Position numbers and translations under genes: made by a program. 64,000 nucleotides of DNA from the sequence record PV340851.1, one strand, 5' to 3'. Positions 9,899-20,649 of this stretch are shown here, one piece after another; position 1 is the stretch's first letter, and each line of letters begins with the position of its first letter. The notes under the pieces were generated by a model that did no database searches, was not told where the DNA came from, and saw nothing but the letters and a program-made list of their open reading frames with translations.

Positions 9899-9906
9899 AT
9901 AACAGT

Positions 9907-9981
9907 GAGTCTTTCGTGCAGACTCTACGAATGTCGGAACACCCTACAAAGTGATGCGGTTTATACCACATCACTTTTTTT
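9907..9981 (+). ncRNA. Candidate short structured late RNA ending in an intrinsic terminator
   Basis: Late-promoter ATAAATA at 9895-9901; hairpin GAGTCT/AGACTC (9907-9925); terminator AAAGTGATG...CATCACTTT plus T-run (9948-9981). Confidence 0.45.
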
Positions 9982-10058
9982 GTGTCTTGATTAAATAATA
10001 ATGGATGCCTTCGGGGTCCATACAACCAATGTCTCGCTTAAATAAAGGAGCTATTCAA

Positions 10059-10466
10059 ATGACAAATACTTGGGATATCTATCTCCCCCACGCTGTAGGT
10101 CTGAGTGATATGTTTCACAGACTGGATTCGATGACCAGTCACAACACGAACTATCCTCCGTATAACCTAATCAAACATGACTCCAGTAATTACGAAATTC
10201 AAGTCGCTCTCGCAGGATTTAAAAGAGAGGAGATTGAAGTATCTACTGAATCAAACATTCTCAAAGTTGCCACGAAGACTGCAGGAACGGATCCTAAAGT
10301 TGAGTATCTGCACAAGGGAGTGTCGAAAAGATCATTTGCATTTACTAAGCAACTCAGTGACGATGTTAGAGTTGTGGACGTAGCATTTGAAGATGGTCTG
10401 TTGATTATTAGTTTAGAAAAAATTATTCCAGACCACATGAAACGAACCACATACGAAGTCAAATAA
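10059..10466 (+). CDS. hsp20: Small heat-shock protein (Hsp20/IbpA-like)
   Basis: YPPYNL, VALAGF, YLHKG...RSF, FEDGLL; SD AAGGAG before ATG 10059. Confidence 0.93.
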   Translation: MTNTWDIYLPHAVGLSDMFHRLDSMTSHNTNYPPYNLIKHDSSNYEIQVALAGFKREEIEVSTESNILKVATKTAGTDPKVEYLHKGVSKRSFAFTKQLSDDVRVVDVAFEDGLLIISLEKIIPDHMKRTTYEVK

Positions 10467-10477
10467 ATATCTGGCAT

Positions 10478-10514
10478 AGGGGGCATTGCCCCCTTTCTCA
10501 TTTTGTGTTATACT
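10478..10514 (+). promoter_or_regulatory. Hairpin overlapping a sigma70-type promoter
   Basis: AGGGGGC-ATT-GCCCCCT hairpin; TTGCCC(10486)-N17-TATACT(10509). Confidence 0.55.
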
Positions 10515-10534
10515 AGTAGAAACGTAGGAGATCT

Positions 10535-11011
10535 ATGTCCGAACAGATTATTGTGTTTAAGAATGGCGAGCGCGTCATCACTGAACTGAAGGAAGTGTTT
10601 GAAGGTGAGGGTGATGATCGTAAAGGCGTGTGCCTTATGATGAATCATCCTTACATTCTTGAACTGATTGAAGTTAATGATGGTGGTGCCCGTGACCTTC
10701 AAGTTAAGTTCAGCAAGTGGTGCCCATATTCCGTTGACTACCAGTTCCGTGTCCCCTATGACACCGTACTGGCACTAGGCGAACCCGACCAGGGACTCGC
10801 TGCAGCATACCGCCAGAAGGTAGAGGCAATGGAAGCAACAGCAACTGGTGACGTTCCTGAAGCGCCCCCAGCACCCACTGAGGTAGAAGACCTGGGGTGG
10901 ACTGAGGGTGAGACCAACCCCAATATGGAGCAGCAGAAGGCAGACATTGATGCTGCTGTAAATGGTTTCTCTGGTAATGGAGCACCTGCTGACGCTAGTG
11001 TTGGAGCATGA
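10535..11011 (+). CDS. Hypothetical protein upstream of gp43
   Basis: SD AGGAG; KWCPYS motif; acidic Pro/Ala-rich tail. Confidence 0.8.
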   Translation: MSEQIIVFKNGERVITELKEVFEGEGDDRKGVCLMMNHPYILELIEVNDGGARDLQVKFSKWCPYSVDYQFRVPYDTVLALGEPDQGLAAAYRQKVEAMEATATGDVPEAPPAPTEVEDLGWTEGETNPNMEQQKADIDAAVNGFSGNGAPADASVGA

Positions 11012-11262
11012 TTAAACTTTTGAAATTCGACGGGCATTGGCTCGTCGCTGAAGTTGAAGAAATTGAAGGTGCTGAGTTGGGTGACCCTGATTGTGTGCTA
11101 AAATATGCCTGCGAGGTGAACGAGGATGGGGCAGTGCCCTTTCCTCCCTACAGCGAAGACACCGAGTTGGTAGTGCGTTCAGAAAACATCATGATCATTT
11201 CTGAACCATCTGCAATGTACTCGGCACTATACTATGACTTGAAAGACAAACGAGGCGAATGA
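11008..11262 (+). CDS. Hypothetical protein (84 aa)
   Basis: ATGA overlaps with both neighbours. Confidence 0.75.
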   Translation: MIKLLKFDGHWLVAEVEEIEGAELGDPDCVLKYACEVNEDGAVPFPPYSEDTELVVRSENIMIISEPSAMYSALYYDLKDKRGE

Positions 11263-13751
11263 AGTTTTACACCAGCGTACAACAAGCAGGTAATTACATC
11301 CATGTTCGTGGATATCAAAACGGAGTACAGTTCAGTGATAGAGTTCCTTTCAACCCTACGCTGTATCTGCCCACACAACAACCTTCACGCTGGAAGACTC
11401 TAGACGGAAAGAATGTTCGACCCGTACAGCAAGGCACGATTCGTGATGCAAAGAAATTTGTAGAAGATCACAAAGAGATTCCTGACTTTGAGATTTGTGG
11501 TCAGACTCGATACCTGAATCAGTATATCTCCGAGGAGTATCCTGAAGATCAGATTGAGTTTGACTCTAGTCAGATTCGTGTCTTCACCCTTGACATCGAG
11601 ACTGCTGCAGAGAATGGTTTCCCTGACATCGAGACTGCTGACCAGGAGATCCTGCTGATCTCACTGAAGGACAGTCACACAGGACGCATCCAGGTGTTCG
11701 GACGCTATGAGTTCGACAACACCCACAAGGATGTGGACTACATGCACTTCAGTACAGAAGTAGGAATGCTCAAGGCATTCTTGCACTACTGGGTATCCAA
11801 CTTCCCTGATGTGATCACAGGTTGGAACGTGCAGTTGTTCGATATGACATACATCAGCAAACGCATTGAGCGTGTTGTTGGTGAACGTGAGGCAAAGATG
11901 ATGTCTCCATGGAAATCAACTCTGTGTCGTGAGATTTATATCAAAGGTCGTAAGCAGATTGCCTATGACATCTCAGGTATTGCCACACTGGACTACCTTG
12001 AGTTGTATCGCAAGTTTACTTACACCAACCAAGAATCATACAAACTAGATCACATTGCTAGTGTTGAACTAGATACCAAGAAACTGGATCACAGTGAGTA
12101 TGACACCTTCAAAGAGTTCTATACCAAGGACTGGCAGAAGTTCGTAGAGTACAACATCATTGACGTTCGTCTGGTTGACCAGCTGGATGACAAGATGAAA
12201 CTACTCGAACTGGCATTCACCATGGCATATGACGCCAAGGTGAACTACGAGGATGTATTTTCTCAAGTTCGTATGTGGGATAACTATATCTACATCGAAC
12301 TACTCAAACGTAATATTGCAATTCCACCAAAGAAGGAGGCACGTAAAGATGCAAAATATGCTGGAGCGTATGTTAAAGAACCTAAGCCAGGTTTTTATGA
12401 CTGGGTGGTCAGTTTTGACCTCAACTCCCTATACCCTCACCTCATTATGCAGTACAACCTCTCACCCGAGACTTTGTTACCGCACCGTCATGGTACAGCG
12501 ACAGTCGATCGATTACTAGACAAAGAGATTGATACTAGTGATCTGTGTGGACAGACACTGGCAGCGAACGGAACCTTCTATGACACATCTAAGCAGGGTT
12601 TCCTGCCCATGATGATGCAGAAGATGTATGACAGTCGTGTCATCTTCAAGAAGAAGATGCTTGCTGCCAAGCAACAGTATGAGAAGACACCTACTATTGA
12701 ACTAAAGAAAGAGATTGCCCGCTGTAATAACATTCAGATGGCAAAGAAGATCTCTCTCAACTCTGCTTATGGTGCTATCGGTAATGAACACTTCCGATAC
12801 TTCCGACTAGAGATCGCTGAGGCAATCACATTATCTGGTCAACTCTCAATCCGTTGGATTGAGAATAAGATGAATGAATATTTGAACAAGATACTTAAAT
12901 CTGATGGAGTAGATTATGTTATTGCTAGTGATACTGATAGTATCTACCTTAACCTTGGTCCTCTTGTGGAGAAGATATACTCCAACAGAGAGAAAGATGA
13001 TAAGAGCATTGTTGGGTTCCTTGACAAGGTGTGTCAGTTGGAACTTGAGAAGTATATTGAAAGTTCTTACGAGGAGCTCGCCATTTATATGAACGCATAC
13101 CAGCAGAAGATGCAGATGAAGCGCGAGAACATCGCGAACCGTGGCATCTGGACTGCTAAGAAGCGTTACATCCTCAACGTATGGAACAGCGAGGGTGTTC
13201 AATATGCCGAACCCAAGATGAAGATCATGGGTCTGGAGACTGCTCGCTCATCTACACCTGCTTACTATCGTGACAAACTGAAGAAAGCATTCAAGATTAT
13301 CTTGACACAAACCAATGAAGATCTGATAGAATTCATTGAGCATGTGAAACAGGACACACGTAAGCAAGACTATGCCGATATTGCATTCCCCCGTGGTTGT
13401 AATGGTCTAGACAAGTACAAGTGTGGTCATGACATCTACAAGAAAGGAACACCTATTCATGTTCGTGGTTCTTTGTTGTATAATTACCATGTGCGTCAAC
13501 ACAAGTTGACCTATAAGTATCCACTGATTCAGGAGGGTGAGAAGATCAAGTTCATCTATCTCAAGACCCCCAACCCCATGCAGGAGAACTGTATTTCTTT
13601 CTTCAGCGATATCCCGAAAGAGTTGCGAGTGGACAACTATATCGATTACCAGAAGCAATTTGAGAAGTCATTCCTTGACCCTCTCAAGAATGTGCTCGGT
13701 TGTATCGAGTGGGATTACGAAAAGAAAGTTTCTCTATTATCATTTTTCTAA
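11259..13751 (+). CDS. gp43: Family B DNA polymerase
   Basis: Exo[27 protein letters not shown]; uninterrupted 830 aa. Confidence 0.98.
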   Translation: MKFYTSVQQAGNYIHVRGYQNGVQFSDRVPFNPTLYLPTQQPSRWKTLDGKNVRPVQQGTIRDAKKFVEDHKEIPDFEICGQTRYLNQYISEEYPEDQIEFDSSQIRVFTLDIETAAENGFPDIETADQEILLISLKDSHTGRIQVFGRYEFDNTHKDVDYMHFSTEVGMLKAFLHYWVSNFPDVITGWNVQLFDMTYISKRIERVVGEREAKMMSPWKSTLCREIYIKGRKQIAYDISGIATLDYLELYRKFTYTNQESYKLDHIASVELDTKKLDHSEYDTFKEFYTKDWQKFVEYNIIDVRLVDQLDDKMKLLELAFTMAYDAKVNYEDVFSQVRMWDNYIYIELLKRNIAIPPKKEARKDAKYAGAYVKEPKPGFYDWVVSFDLNSLYPHLIMQYNLSPETLLPHRHGTATVDRLLDKEIDTSDLCGQTLAANGTFYDTSKQGFLPMMMQKMYDSRVIFKKKMLAAKQQYEKTPTIELKKEIARCNNIQMAKKISLNSAYGAIGNEHFRYFRLEIAEAITLSGQLSIRWIENKMNEYLNKILKSDGVDYVIASDTDSIYLNLGPLVEKIYSNREKDDKSIVGFLDKVCQLELEKYIESSYEELAIYMNAYQQKMQMKRENIANRGIWTAKKRYILNVWNSEGVQYAEPKMKIMGLETARSSTPAYYRDKLKKAFKIILTQTNEDLIEFIEHVKQDTRKQDYADIAFPRGCNGLDKYKCGHDIYKKGTPIHVRGSLLYNYHVRQHKLTYKYPLIQEGEKIKFIYLKTPNPMQENCISFFSDIPKELRVDNYIDYQKQFEKSFLDPLKNVLGCIEWDYEKKVSLLSFF

Positions 13752-13753
13752 TT

Positions 13754-14779
13754 ATGAGTTTCCTAAATTCTGTTATTAAGGACAGCAAGAATGAGTACGC
13801 TAGTTTTGTTAGCGACGGGGTTGCTGCTGGCGACGTTGAATCTTTTGTTGATACTGGCAGTTATATCTTTAACGCCGTTGTTAGCGGTTCTATTTTTGGA
13901 GGTATCCCTTCCAATAAGATTACTGCCCTGGCAGGAGAATCAGGCACGGGCAAGACTTTCTTTTGTCTTTCTGTCGTTAAGCATTTCCTTGACACTGATC
14001 CTGATGCTGGAGTCATTTATTTTGAAACTGAGTCTGCCATTAGTAAGCAGATGATCGAAAGTCGTGGTATCGATTCTCAACGTATGGTTATCTTCCCTGT
14101 GGATACCATCGAAGAGTTCCGTACCCAGGCAGTTCGCATCTGTGACAAATTCTTGGAACAACCTAAAGATCAACGCAAACCACTGATGTTCGTGTTAGAC
14201 TCTCTGGGTATGCTAGCGACCAACAAAGAGGTTCAGGACGCCACTGACGACAAGCAAGTTCGTGACATGACCAAGGCACAACTTATCAAGTCTTGTTTTA
14301 GAATCCTGACACTCAAACTTGGCAAAGCTAATATACCTATGTTAGTTACCAATCACACTTATGATGTTGTCGGCGCGTATGTCCCTACAAAAGAGATGGG
14401 GGGAGGCAGTGGACTCAAGTATTCTGCTAGTACAATCGTTTATCTCGGAAAGAAAAAAGAAAAAGATGGAACGACTCTCATCGGAAACATTATCAAATGC
14501 GAGGCTAAGAAGTCTCGTCTGACCCGCGAAGGTTCCAAGGTAGAGACCAGATTATTTTTTGACCACCGTGGTCTAGACAAATACTATGGTCTGCTAGAAT
14601 TGGGAGAGCGAGCAGGGATGTGGAAAAACGTTGCTGGTCGCTATGAAATCGATGGGAAGAAAGTCTATGCTAAAGCAATCCTCAAAGATCCAGATGCATA
14701 CTTTACTCAAGAAGTTCTAGAAGAACTAGACAAACAGGCACAGAAAGAATTTTTGTACGGAGCATCTGATGACGAGTGA
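13754..14779 (+). CDS. uvsX: RecA-like recombinase
   Basis: [24 protein letters not shown]; likely start ATG 13754. Confidence 0.96.
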   Translation: MSFLNSVIKDSKNEYASFVSDGVAAGDVESFVDTGSYIFNAVVSGSIFGGIPSNKITALAGESGTGKTFFCLSVVKHFLDTDPDAGVIYFETESAISKQMIESRGIDSQRMVIFPVDTIEEFRTQAVRICDKFLEQPKDQRKPLMFVLDSLGMLATNKEVQDATDDKQVRDMTKAQLIKSCFRILTLKLGKANIPMLVTNHTYDVVGAYVPTKEMGGGSGLKYSASTIVYLGKKKEKDGTTLIGNIIKCEAKKSRLTREGSKVETRLFFDHRGLDKYYGLLELGERAGMWKNVAGRYEIDGKKVYAKAILKDPDAYFTQEVLEELDKQAQKEFLYGASDDE

Positions 14780-16163
14780 GAAACTGGAGACCACTATACT
14801 GCGAAACTTACTTGCCAGCGAGGAGTTCTATCGCAAAGTGGTTCCATTTCTGAAACCTGATTATTTCGAGGAGATGTCAGACCGAGTAGTCTATGAAGAA
14901 ATTCAAGACTTCTCGGGTAAGTATGACAAAGTGCCAACGTCAGAAATTATTATCTTACAACTGCAGCAAAGAAATGACCTCACCGAAGAAACTTATCAAG
15001 AAGCTGTTAAACAAATTAAGGCGTACACAGACGAATACGTTGACTGCGCCTGGCTCACAGATGCTACCGAACGTTGGTGTCAAGAACGAGCCATTTATAA
15101 CGCCCTCCTCCTATCGATCAAAGTCGCAGATGGAGGCGATAAGACTCTCACACGCGATGCGATTCCAGGAATACTCCAAGAAGCCTTGGCAGTATCATTC
15201 GATGAATACATCGGGCATGATTATATCGAAAATGTAACAGAACGATATGATTTCTACCACAAAGATGAGGCGAAGATTCCTTTCGACCTTGAGAAGTTCA
15301 ATGCCATCACCAAAGGAGGTCTCCCCAATAAGACACTTAATATTGCTCTCGCTGGTACTGGGGTGGGCAAGTCTCTTTTTATGTGTCACTCTGCCGCTGC
15401 GTGTCTTTCGCAAGGGAAGAACGTTTTGTACATCACATGTGAGATGGCTGAGGAAAAGATTGCAGAAAGAATTGACGCTAATCTCCTCAATGTCAACATA
15501 CGGGACATCGCTGCATTACCAGAGCAGATATTCACTTCGAGAATATCTGAGATTGGAAGAAAGACACAAGGTAAGATCGTTATTAAAGAATACCCTACAG
15601 CAAGCGCACATGTTGGGCATTTTAAATCGCTCCTCAACGAACTCTCGTTGAAAAGATCTTTTAAACCTGACATCATTTTCATTGACTACCTAAATATTTG
15701 TGCGTCGTCAAGATACAAAGGACACATCGTAAACAGTTACACATACGTGAAGGCAATCGCTGAGGAACTGCGTGGTCTTGCTTGTGAACATGATGTACCT
15801 ATTGTCTCTGCCACACAGACTACCCGAAATGGATTCGGCAATAGTGATGTAGAGCTTACTGACACTTCTGAATCTTTCGGTCTGCCTGCTACTGCTGATC
15901 TTATGTTTGCTCTAATCTCTACGGAGGAACTGGAGCAGTCTGGTCGCATCATGGTTAAGCAGTTGAAGAACAGATACAATGATCTAACTACGTATCGCCG
16001 CTTCACTGTCGGTATTGACAGATCAAAAATGAAGTTGTATAATGTTGATGATGAACCAACAGATCTTTCTACCGTAACAGAGCAAGAAGATCCTTCCGAT
16101 TCTTTCGAGGACATCTCCAAGCGCCAGTCACGACTGGACAAATTTAATTCCTTTATTATCTAA
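14769..16163 (+). CDS. gp41: Replicative DNA helicase
   Basis: [36 protein letters not shown]. Confidence 0.96.
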   Translation: MTSEKLETTILRNLLASEEFYRKVVPFLKPDYFEEMSDRVVYEEIQDFSGKYDKVPTSEIIILQLQQRNDLTEETYQEAVKQIKAYTDEYVDCAWLTDATERWCQERAIYNALLLSIKVADGGDKTLTRDAIPGILQEALAVSFDEYIGHDYIENVTERYDFYHKDEAKIPFDLEKFNAITKGGLPNKTLNIALAGTGVGKSLFMCHSAAACLSQGKNVLYITCEMAEEKIAERIDANLLNVNIRDIAALPEQIFTSRISEIGRKTQGKIVIKEYPTASAHVGHFKSLLNELSLKRSFKPDIIFIDYLNICASSRYKGHIVNSYTYVKAIAEELRGLACEHDVPIVSATQTTRNGFGNSDVELTDTSESFGLPATADLMFALISTEELEQSGRIMVKQLKNRYNDLTTYRRFTVGIDRSKMKLYNVDDEPTDLSTVTEQEDPSDSFEDISKRQSRLDKFNSFII

Positions 16164-16165
16164 CA

Positions 16166-16573
16166 ATGTCTAAAGTAAATTTTGATCGTTATCAAGAATT
16201 TGTGTCTGAAGTTACTAGCGAAGCTAGTACAAATTTTGTTGATTTTGCTGACCGTATTGGTGATCTCGATCGACAAGGTGCCAATATTGAGAGACTTCTT
16301 ACTAGTGGTGTTGGAATTAATGCTGAGGGCGGTGAGTTCCTTGAGATCATTAAAAAAATGGTCTTCCAAGGAAAACCGTGGAACGAAGATAATCGTGAGC
16401 ATCTTATCATTGAGTTGGGTGATATCATGTGGTATGTTGCTCAAGCATGTATGGCACTTGAAGTATCTTTCGACGATGTAATCGAAACTAATGTCAACAA
16501 ACTCAAGAAACGTTATCCAGGAGGAGAATTCGATGTCTTCAAATCCGAAAACCGTGCATCAGACGACCGATAA
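16166..16573 (+). CDS. mazG: MazG-like nucleotide pyrophosphohydrolase
   Basis: EGGEFLEIIKK, ELGDIMWY, NVNKLKKRYP. Confidence 0.93.
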   Translation: MSKVNFDRYQEFVSEVTSEASTNFVDFADRIGDLDRQGANIERLLTSGVGINAEGGEFLEIIKKMVFQGKPWNEDNREHLIIELGDIMWYVAQACMALEVSFDDVIETNVNKLKKRYPGGEFDVFKSENRASDDR

Positions 16574-16574
16574 G

Positions 16575-16709
16575 ATGTATCACATCTATGACGACAACGG
16601 AGTCGTCATACATTCTTTGCAAGAGGAGGACTTCGACCTCCTCTATGATGCTACGAGGCATGAGTACGAAGAATGTATTATTGTCAAGAACGAAGAGGCA
16701 TCTTATTAG
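16575..16709 (+). CDS. Small hypothetical protein (44 aa)
   Basis: ATG at 16575 directly after the mazG stop. Confidence 0.5.
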   Translation: MYHIYDDNGVVIHSLQEEDFDLLYDATRHEYEECIIVKNEEASY

Positions 16710-17360
16710 ATGACATTTGATTATGCTGGGTTGATCCGACGACCTGCTGAATACATTCCTGGTGCATTTGATCCAGGACTTGTGACCATAGAAGATATTG
16801 AAAACTATCTAAATGATCACAAGTATGCTCATAAAGAACTGGAATGTATTCACCCTGACACAGGGTTAAAACTAAACTACGAGACGCACCATGGTCCATG
16901 GAGAGGCACCTATGACCCCGATGTCATAGAGAATCTATGGAACATCGGTGCGTCTTTTATTTTGCAGACACCTTATGTTAATTCTAAGGTCAAGCAAATG
17001 GTCAAAGCAATTGAAGAATCTAATCATGTCTCATGTGACGCACACATATACCATGGTAAGAAAAACAGTTCTTCTTTTAAACCACATTGCGATAATAGCA
17101 TTAATTTGGTGGTGCAATGCAAGGGACACTGCAGATGGAAGGTGTGGAGTATAATTAATAATAGTGTAGATACGTACCCAGACCTAAGGGAGAGACCAGC
17201 ACTGGAGGTTGTCATGAACCCAGGTGATGCTATCATCGTACCTAAGGGACAGATCCATCATGCTCAACCCCTCACCGATAGAATCAGTGTTAGTTTCGCT
17301 TTCTCCCCAGGACCAAAGACAATCCAACGAAATATTAGTCTGGATTGGGACTCTAAATAG
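16710..17360 (+). CDS. JmjC/cupin-type 2OG-Fe(II) oxygenase
   Basis: PHCD (HxD), QCKG..RWKVW, PGDAIIVPKGQIHHA. Confidence 0.75.
   Translation: MTFDYAGLIRRPAEYIPGAFDPGLVTIEDIENYLNDHKYAHKELECIHPDTGLKLNYETHHGPWRGTYDPDVIENLWNIGASFILQTPYVNSKVKQMVKAIEESNHVSCDAHIYHGKKNSSSFKPHCDNSINLVVQCKGHCRWKVWSIINNSVDTYPDLRERPALEVVMNPGDAIIVPKGQIHHAQPLTDRISVSFAFSPGPKTIQRNISLDWDSK
17353..17359 (+). promoter_or_regulatory. T4-like late promoter
   Basis: CTAAATA just upstream of the 17383 cluster. Confidence 0.55.
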
Positions 17361-17382
17361 TTGTGTAGACTAGGGTCTTAGC

Positions 17383-18618
17383 ATGAAAGCAGGAGACTTT
17401 GCCAGAAACGGAGGCAAATACCTAGACCGAATCGATACTTTCTTCGATAAAGCACTAGGTAGAAATGGAAAGGAGAATAGATTCCTCACTGACGTTGGCG
17501 TCGTAGAGGTTTCAGGTTTCCAAGTGACTCAGAAGCAGGGAAAGAAGTATAAGAAGTCTAAGTTTATAGACCTGCATGGCATGAAAAGAACTGCTGAGTC
17601 AGAAGCAAAGCAACTGTTCCAATCAATCTGTCTAGCAGGTTTTCGTGGACAGAATAATATAGAATTTACATGTAATTTTCCTGCTGGACCAGATACACCA
17701 AGAGCAATCAGCAGTAGAGACTTTGAATTAGAACTAGCAGACTTTGAAAAGACTGGTGAGTTTGGTGGTCAGGTCAAGGGTGGCAAGAAAGTCAACATGG
17801 GTAATCAATATGAAGACGATCTTACTGAATCATTGATCGCATACTGCTCTGGTGAACCAGTCAAGAAGTACAAAGATCATGTAGATCAGATTATTGGTGC
17901 TCTCACGGCAGCATATGGTGAGGGACCAACCAAAGCAATAGGAGAGGGTGGTTTTAACAAAGCACGACCTCTTAAGAAGAGAGGAAGCAACATTATTATC
18001 TCTGCGGGTGGTGCAGATACCCTAAACATCGGGTCTACACTCACAGATATCACACTAGAAATTGCTGGCAAACCTGTATATCTCTCCGTAAAGTTTGGCA
18101 GCACACTCTCATTCTTTAACTGTGGCGTCAAAGGTGGTGGCACTGGTAAACTATCTTTGTTCCCTGAGCAGAAATTGAAGTCAGGTGAGATTCCTGCAGA
18201 CGGTCAACTATACCTTGACATGTTTGGTATCAACCATCAGAAATTCCTGGATGTTTGGGAAAATTATGGTAAAACTGGTGGTCCTACGGTCCCTGGTCAC
18301 ATTGCAGAGACTACTTTGAGTTCTAAAGGTAAGAGAGCACTGGAAGATTTGATCAAAAGTGGTGTGGGGTATGGGTATTGGATGTGTCATTACACTGGAT
18401 CTGCCCTACATTTCTATGAGATCGATAGAAAGTATATGGAAGACGCTGCTACTCTCCTAAGTAATAAGGTAGAAGTAAACTATGGTGGTGTTTCTGGTAC
18501 AGGTAAGCGTATTGATATGATTTTTGAGACGAAGACCTACGAATTCAAATTCAACATCAGAAACAAGCAAGGTGGGGTCTATCCTACCCACAGTAACGGA
18601 GACTATTATAAAAAGTAA
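17383..18618 (+). CDS. Hypothetical protein with possible PD-(D/E)xK-like nuclease core
   Basis: NMGNQYE helix and TDITL...YLSVK pattern; 411 aa. Confidence 0.6.
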   Translation: MKAGDFARNGGKYLDRIDTFFDKALGRNGKENRFLTDVGVVEVSGFQVTQKQGKKYKKSKFIDLHGMKRTAESEAKQLFQSICLAGFRGQNNIEFTCNFPAGPDTPRAISSRDFELELADFEKTGEFGGQVKGGKKVNMGNQYEDDLTESLIAYCSGEPVKKYKDHVDQIIGALTAAYGEGPTKAIGEGGFNKARPLKKRGSNIIISAGGADTLNIGSTLTDITLEIAGKPVYLSVKFGSTLSFFNCGVKGGGTGKLSLFPEQKLKSGEIPADGQLYLDMFGINHQKFLDVWENYGKTGGPTVPGHIAETTLSSKGKRALEDLIKSGVGYGYWMCHYTGSALHFYEIDRKYMEDAATLLSNKVEVNYGGVSGTGKRIDMIFETKTYEFKFNIRNKQGGVYPTHSNGDYYKK

Positions 18619-19820
18619 TGGCAAACGTAACTCAACTCAAGCACTTAGAACACCTAGAAGATGAGATGCTCAACTATGGAGTTGAGGGATGTGTGGCGTC
18701 AGTCAATTTCCTAAAGGAATTGATGAAGATGTTAGGCAAAAAATCTGACGCCAGTGGATTTTTGCAGACAAAATGGGACGGAGCACCATCAGTTATCTGT
18801 GGAACGTCACCTACAACAGGCATGTTCTTTGTTGGAACTAAGTCAGTCTTTAATAAGACTGAACCTAAGACATGTTTTACTGAAGAGCAGATTGATGTCT
18901 GGTATCAGGGTGACTTGGCAACTAAACTGAAGTATGCTCTAAGATATTTTCAAGAACTAGACTTTGATGGTGTCATCCAGGGTGATCTTCTGTTCACTGA
19001 TGACACTCTCGACACTAAAACAGTGGACGGCGAACAGTATTATATGTTCCAACCCAACACTATTACCTATGCTGCCCCTGTAAACAGTCCCTTGGGTAAG
19101 CAACTCAAGGCAGCAAAGATAGGTGTGGTGTTCCATACCCACTACACAGGTGATGTACTAGCAGATATGCAAGCAAGAGCTGGTGCAAAGGGTGTCAAGG
19201 GTAATCAGCATGTTGCTGTCATCCAAAACGACACTCCCATCAATAAAGTAACACTTTCTGTTACAGAGATCTCAGAATTAAATCGACACATCGCTAAAAT
19301 AGAAAGGATGTGTAAAGTATGTGGGGACTTCTTGGATGATCTTGTGTCAAACTTTGGTACTACTGGCGATGCTAAATTTCATATCTCTACTTATCTTAAA
19401 CCATTTTTCAACTCAGAGATTAGAGACAGGCGCAATGTTGGAAACATTGATGAGACTATATACGCTCTGGTAAACTTCTACGATGCCAAGATGCAGAAGG
19501 AGTTGGCGAAGATCAAGACACCTGCTAACAGGGTGAAGAAGTGCAATCTGGTCTATAAGAGTGAGAACTACCTGATCGATAACGTGTACAAGTTCAAGGC
19601 GATGCTTGCATTGTACAAAGAATTCCAGATTATCAAACAAAAGATCATAGATAAATTGGACCACCTTGAACAATTCAAGACGTTTGTCCAGACTGAGAAC
19701 GGATACAAGGTGACTACACCTGAGGGATACGTTCTCCACCAGGACGGCAGCATGATCAAACTGGTCAATAGACTAGAGTTTGCCTACAACAACTTCACCC
19801 TACAGAAACAATGGCGCTAA
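18618..19820 (+). CDS. DUF6267-like protein with ligase/capping-enzyme-type nucleotidyltransferase motifs
   Basis: HLEHLED N-terminus; TKWDG, QGDLLF, PEGYV, IKLV. Confidence 0.7.
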   Translation: MANVTQLKHLEHLEDEMLNYGVEGCVASVNFLKELMKMLGKKSDASGFLQTKWDGAPSVICGTSPTTGMFFVGTKSVFNKTEPKTCFTEEQIDVWYQGDLATKLKYALRYFQELDFDGVIQGDLLFTDDTLDTKTVDGEQYYMFQPNTITYAAPVNSPLGKQLKAAKIGVVFHTHYTGDVLADMQARAGAKGVKGNQHVAVIQNDTPINKVTLSVTEISELNRHIAKIERMCKVCGDFLDDLVSNFGTTGDAKFHISTYLKPFFNSEIRDRRNVGNIDETIYALVNFYDAKMQKELAKIKTPANRVKKCNLVYKSENYLIDNVYKFKAMLALYKEFQIIKQKIIDKLDHLEQFKTFVQTENGYKVTTPEGYVLHQDGSMIKLVNRLEFAYNNFTLQKQWR

Positions 19821-20374
19821 ACTGTATCAAATGCTATTTTACCTTCGGTAGGTTTCAACCACCCACCACAGGTCACAAAGAGAACTTCGATGGGGTGAAA
19901 CGCATCGCGGGTGGGCATGACTATAGGATCTATATTTCTCAGACATTCGATGAGAAGGGCAAGAATCCTTTGCCACCTGACAGGAAACTGTTTTATATGG
20001 AGAAGATGTTCCCAGAACACAAGGGCAAGATCTTTTCTGGACCTAAAGATCCTGTAGCTATCATGCAAGATCTTATGATGGCAGGGTATAATGAGGTTAT
20101 ATTCTTGGTAGGATCTGATAGAGTAAACGCTATGCAGTTCCTTCATAAATACAACGGAAAGGATTTTTCCTTTCGCAAGATTGAAATACGATCTTCAGGT
20201 AGCAGAGATGCTGACGGTGATACGTTTGCTATTTCAGGTACAAAGATGAGACGTGCAGCATTTGCTAACGATTTCAAACTCTTCCGCCAGGGTATACCCA
20301 GGGCATTGAATGATAAAGACTGTAAGATGATGATGGATGAGATTAGAAAAAACCTGCCAGCAAACTTTAAATGA
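19811..20374 (+). CDS. Cytidyltransferase-like (HxGH-type) nucleotidyltransferase
   Basis: FGRFQPPTTGH, VGSDR, ISGTKMR. Confidence 0.85.
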   Translation: MALNCIKCYFTFGRFQPPTTGHKENFDGVKRIAGGHDYRIYISQTFDEKGKNPLPPDRKLFYMEKMFPEHKGKIFSGPKDPVAIMQDLMMAGYNEVIFLVGSDRVNAMQFLHKYNGKDFSFRKIEIRSSGSRDADGDTFAISGTKMRRAAFANDFKLFRQGIPRALNDKDCKMMMDEIRKNLPANFK

Positions 20375-20649
20375 AAAATTTTAAAGAACTAAAGAACAAA
20401 GCGTTCCAAGAAGGTTTTAGACATAAGAAAACATTCTGTGAGGGTGACGTTGTTATGTCTGCTGTCACAGGTGAGAAGGGTAGAATACACAGAGCAGGTG
20501 TCAACTATGCAATCTGTGTAACAGAGTCTGGAACCATGTTTCGCGCATGGGTAAAAGATCTGCGCGAGGTTGCAACAATTGAAACCATAAATAAAGAAAG
20601 GAAAAGCAGTATCTTTACAAATAATGGAAAGGCAAAAACCAATCAATAG
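20371..20649 (+). CDS. Hypothetical protein (92 aa)
   Basis: MKNFKEL start; G.I...GVNY...V...G..FR.W core. Confidence 0.75.
   Translation: MKNFKELKNKAFQEGFRHKKTFCEGDVVMSAVTGEKGRIHRAGVNYAICVTESGTMFRAWVKDLREVATIETINKERKSSIFTNNGKAKTNQ

Noticed and set aside
11591-11640. 17-bp direct repeat TGACATCGAGACTGCTG in gp43
   Set aside because: It encodes DIETA twice around the ExoI motif, with frame and length intact; no sign of an insertion element
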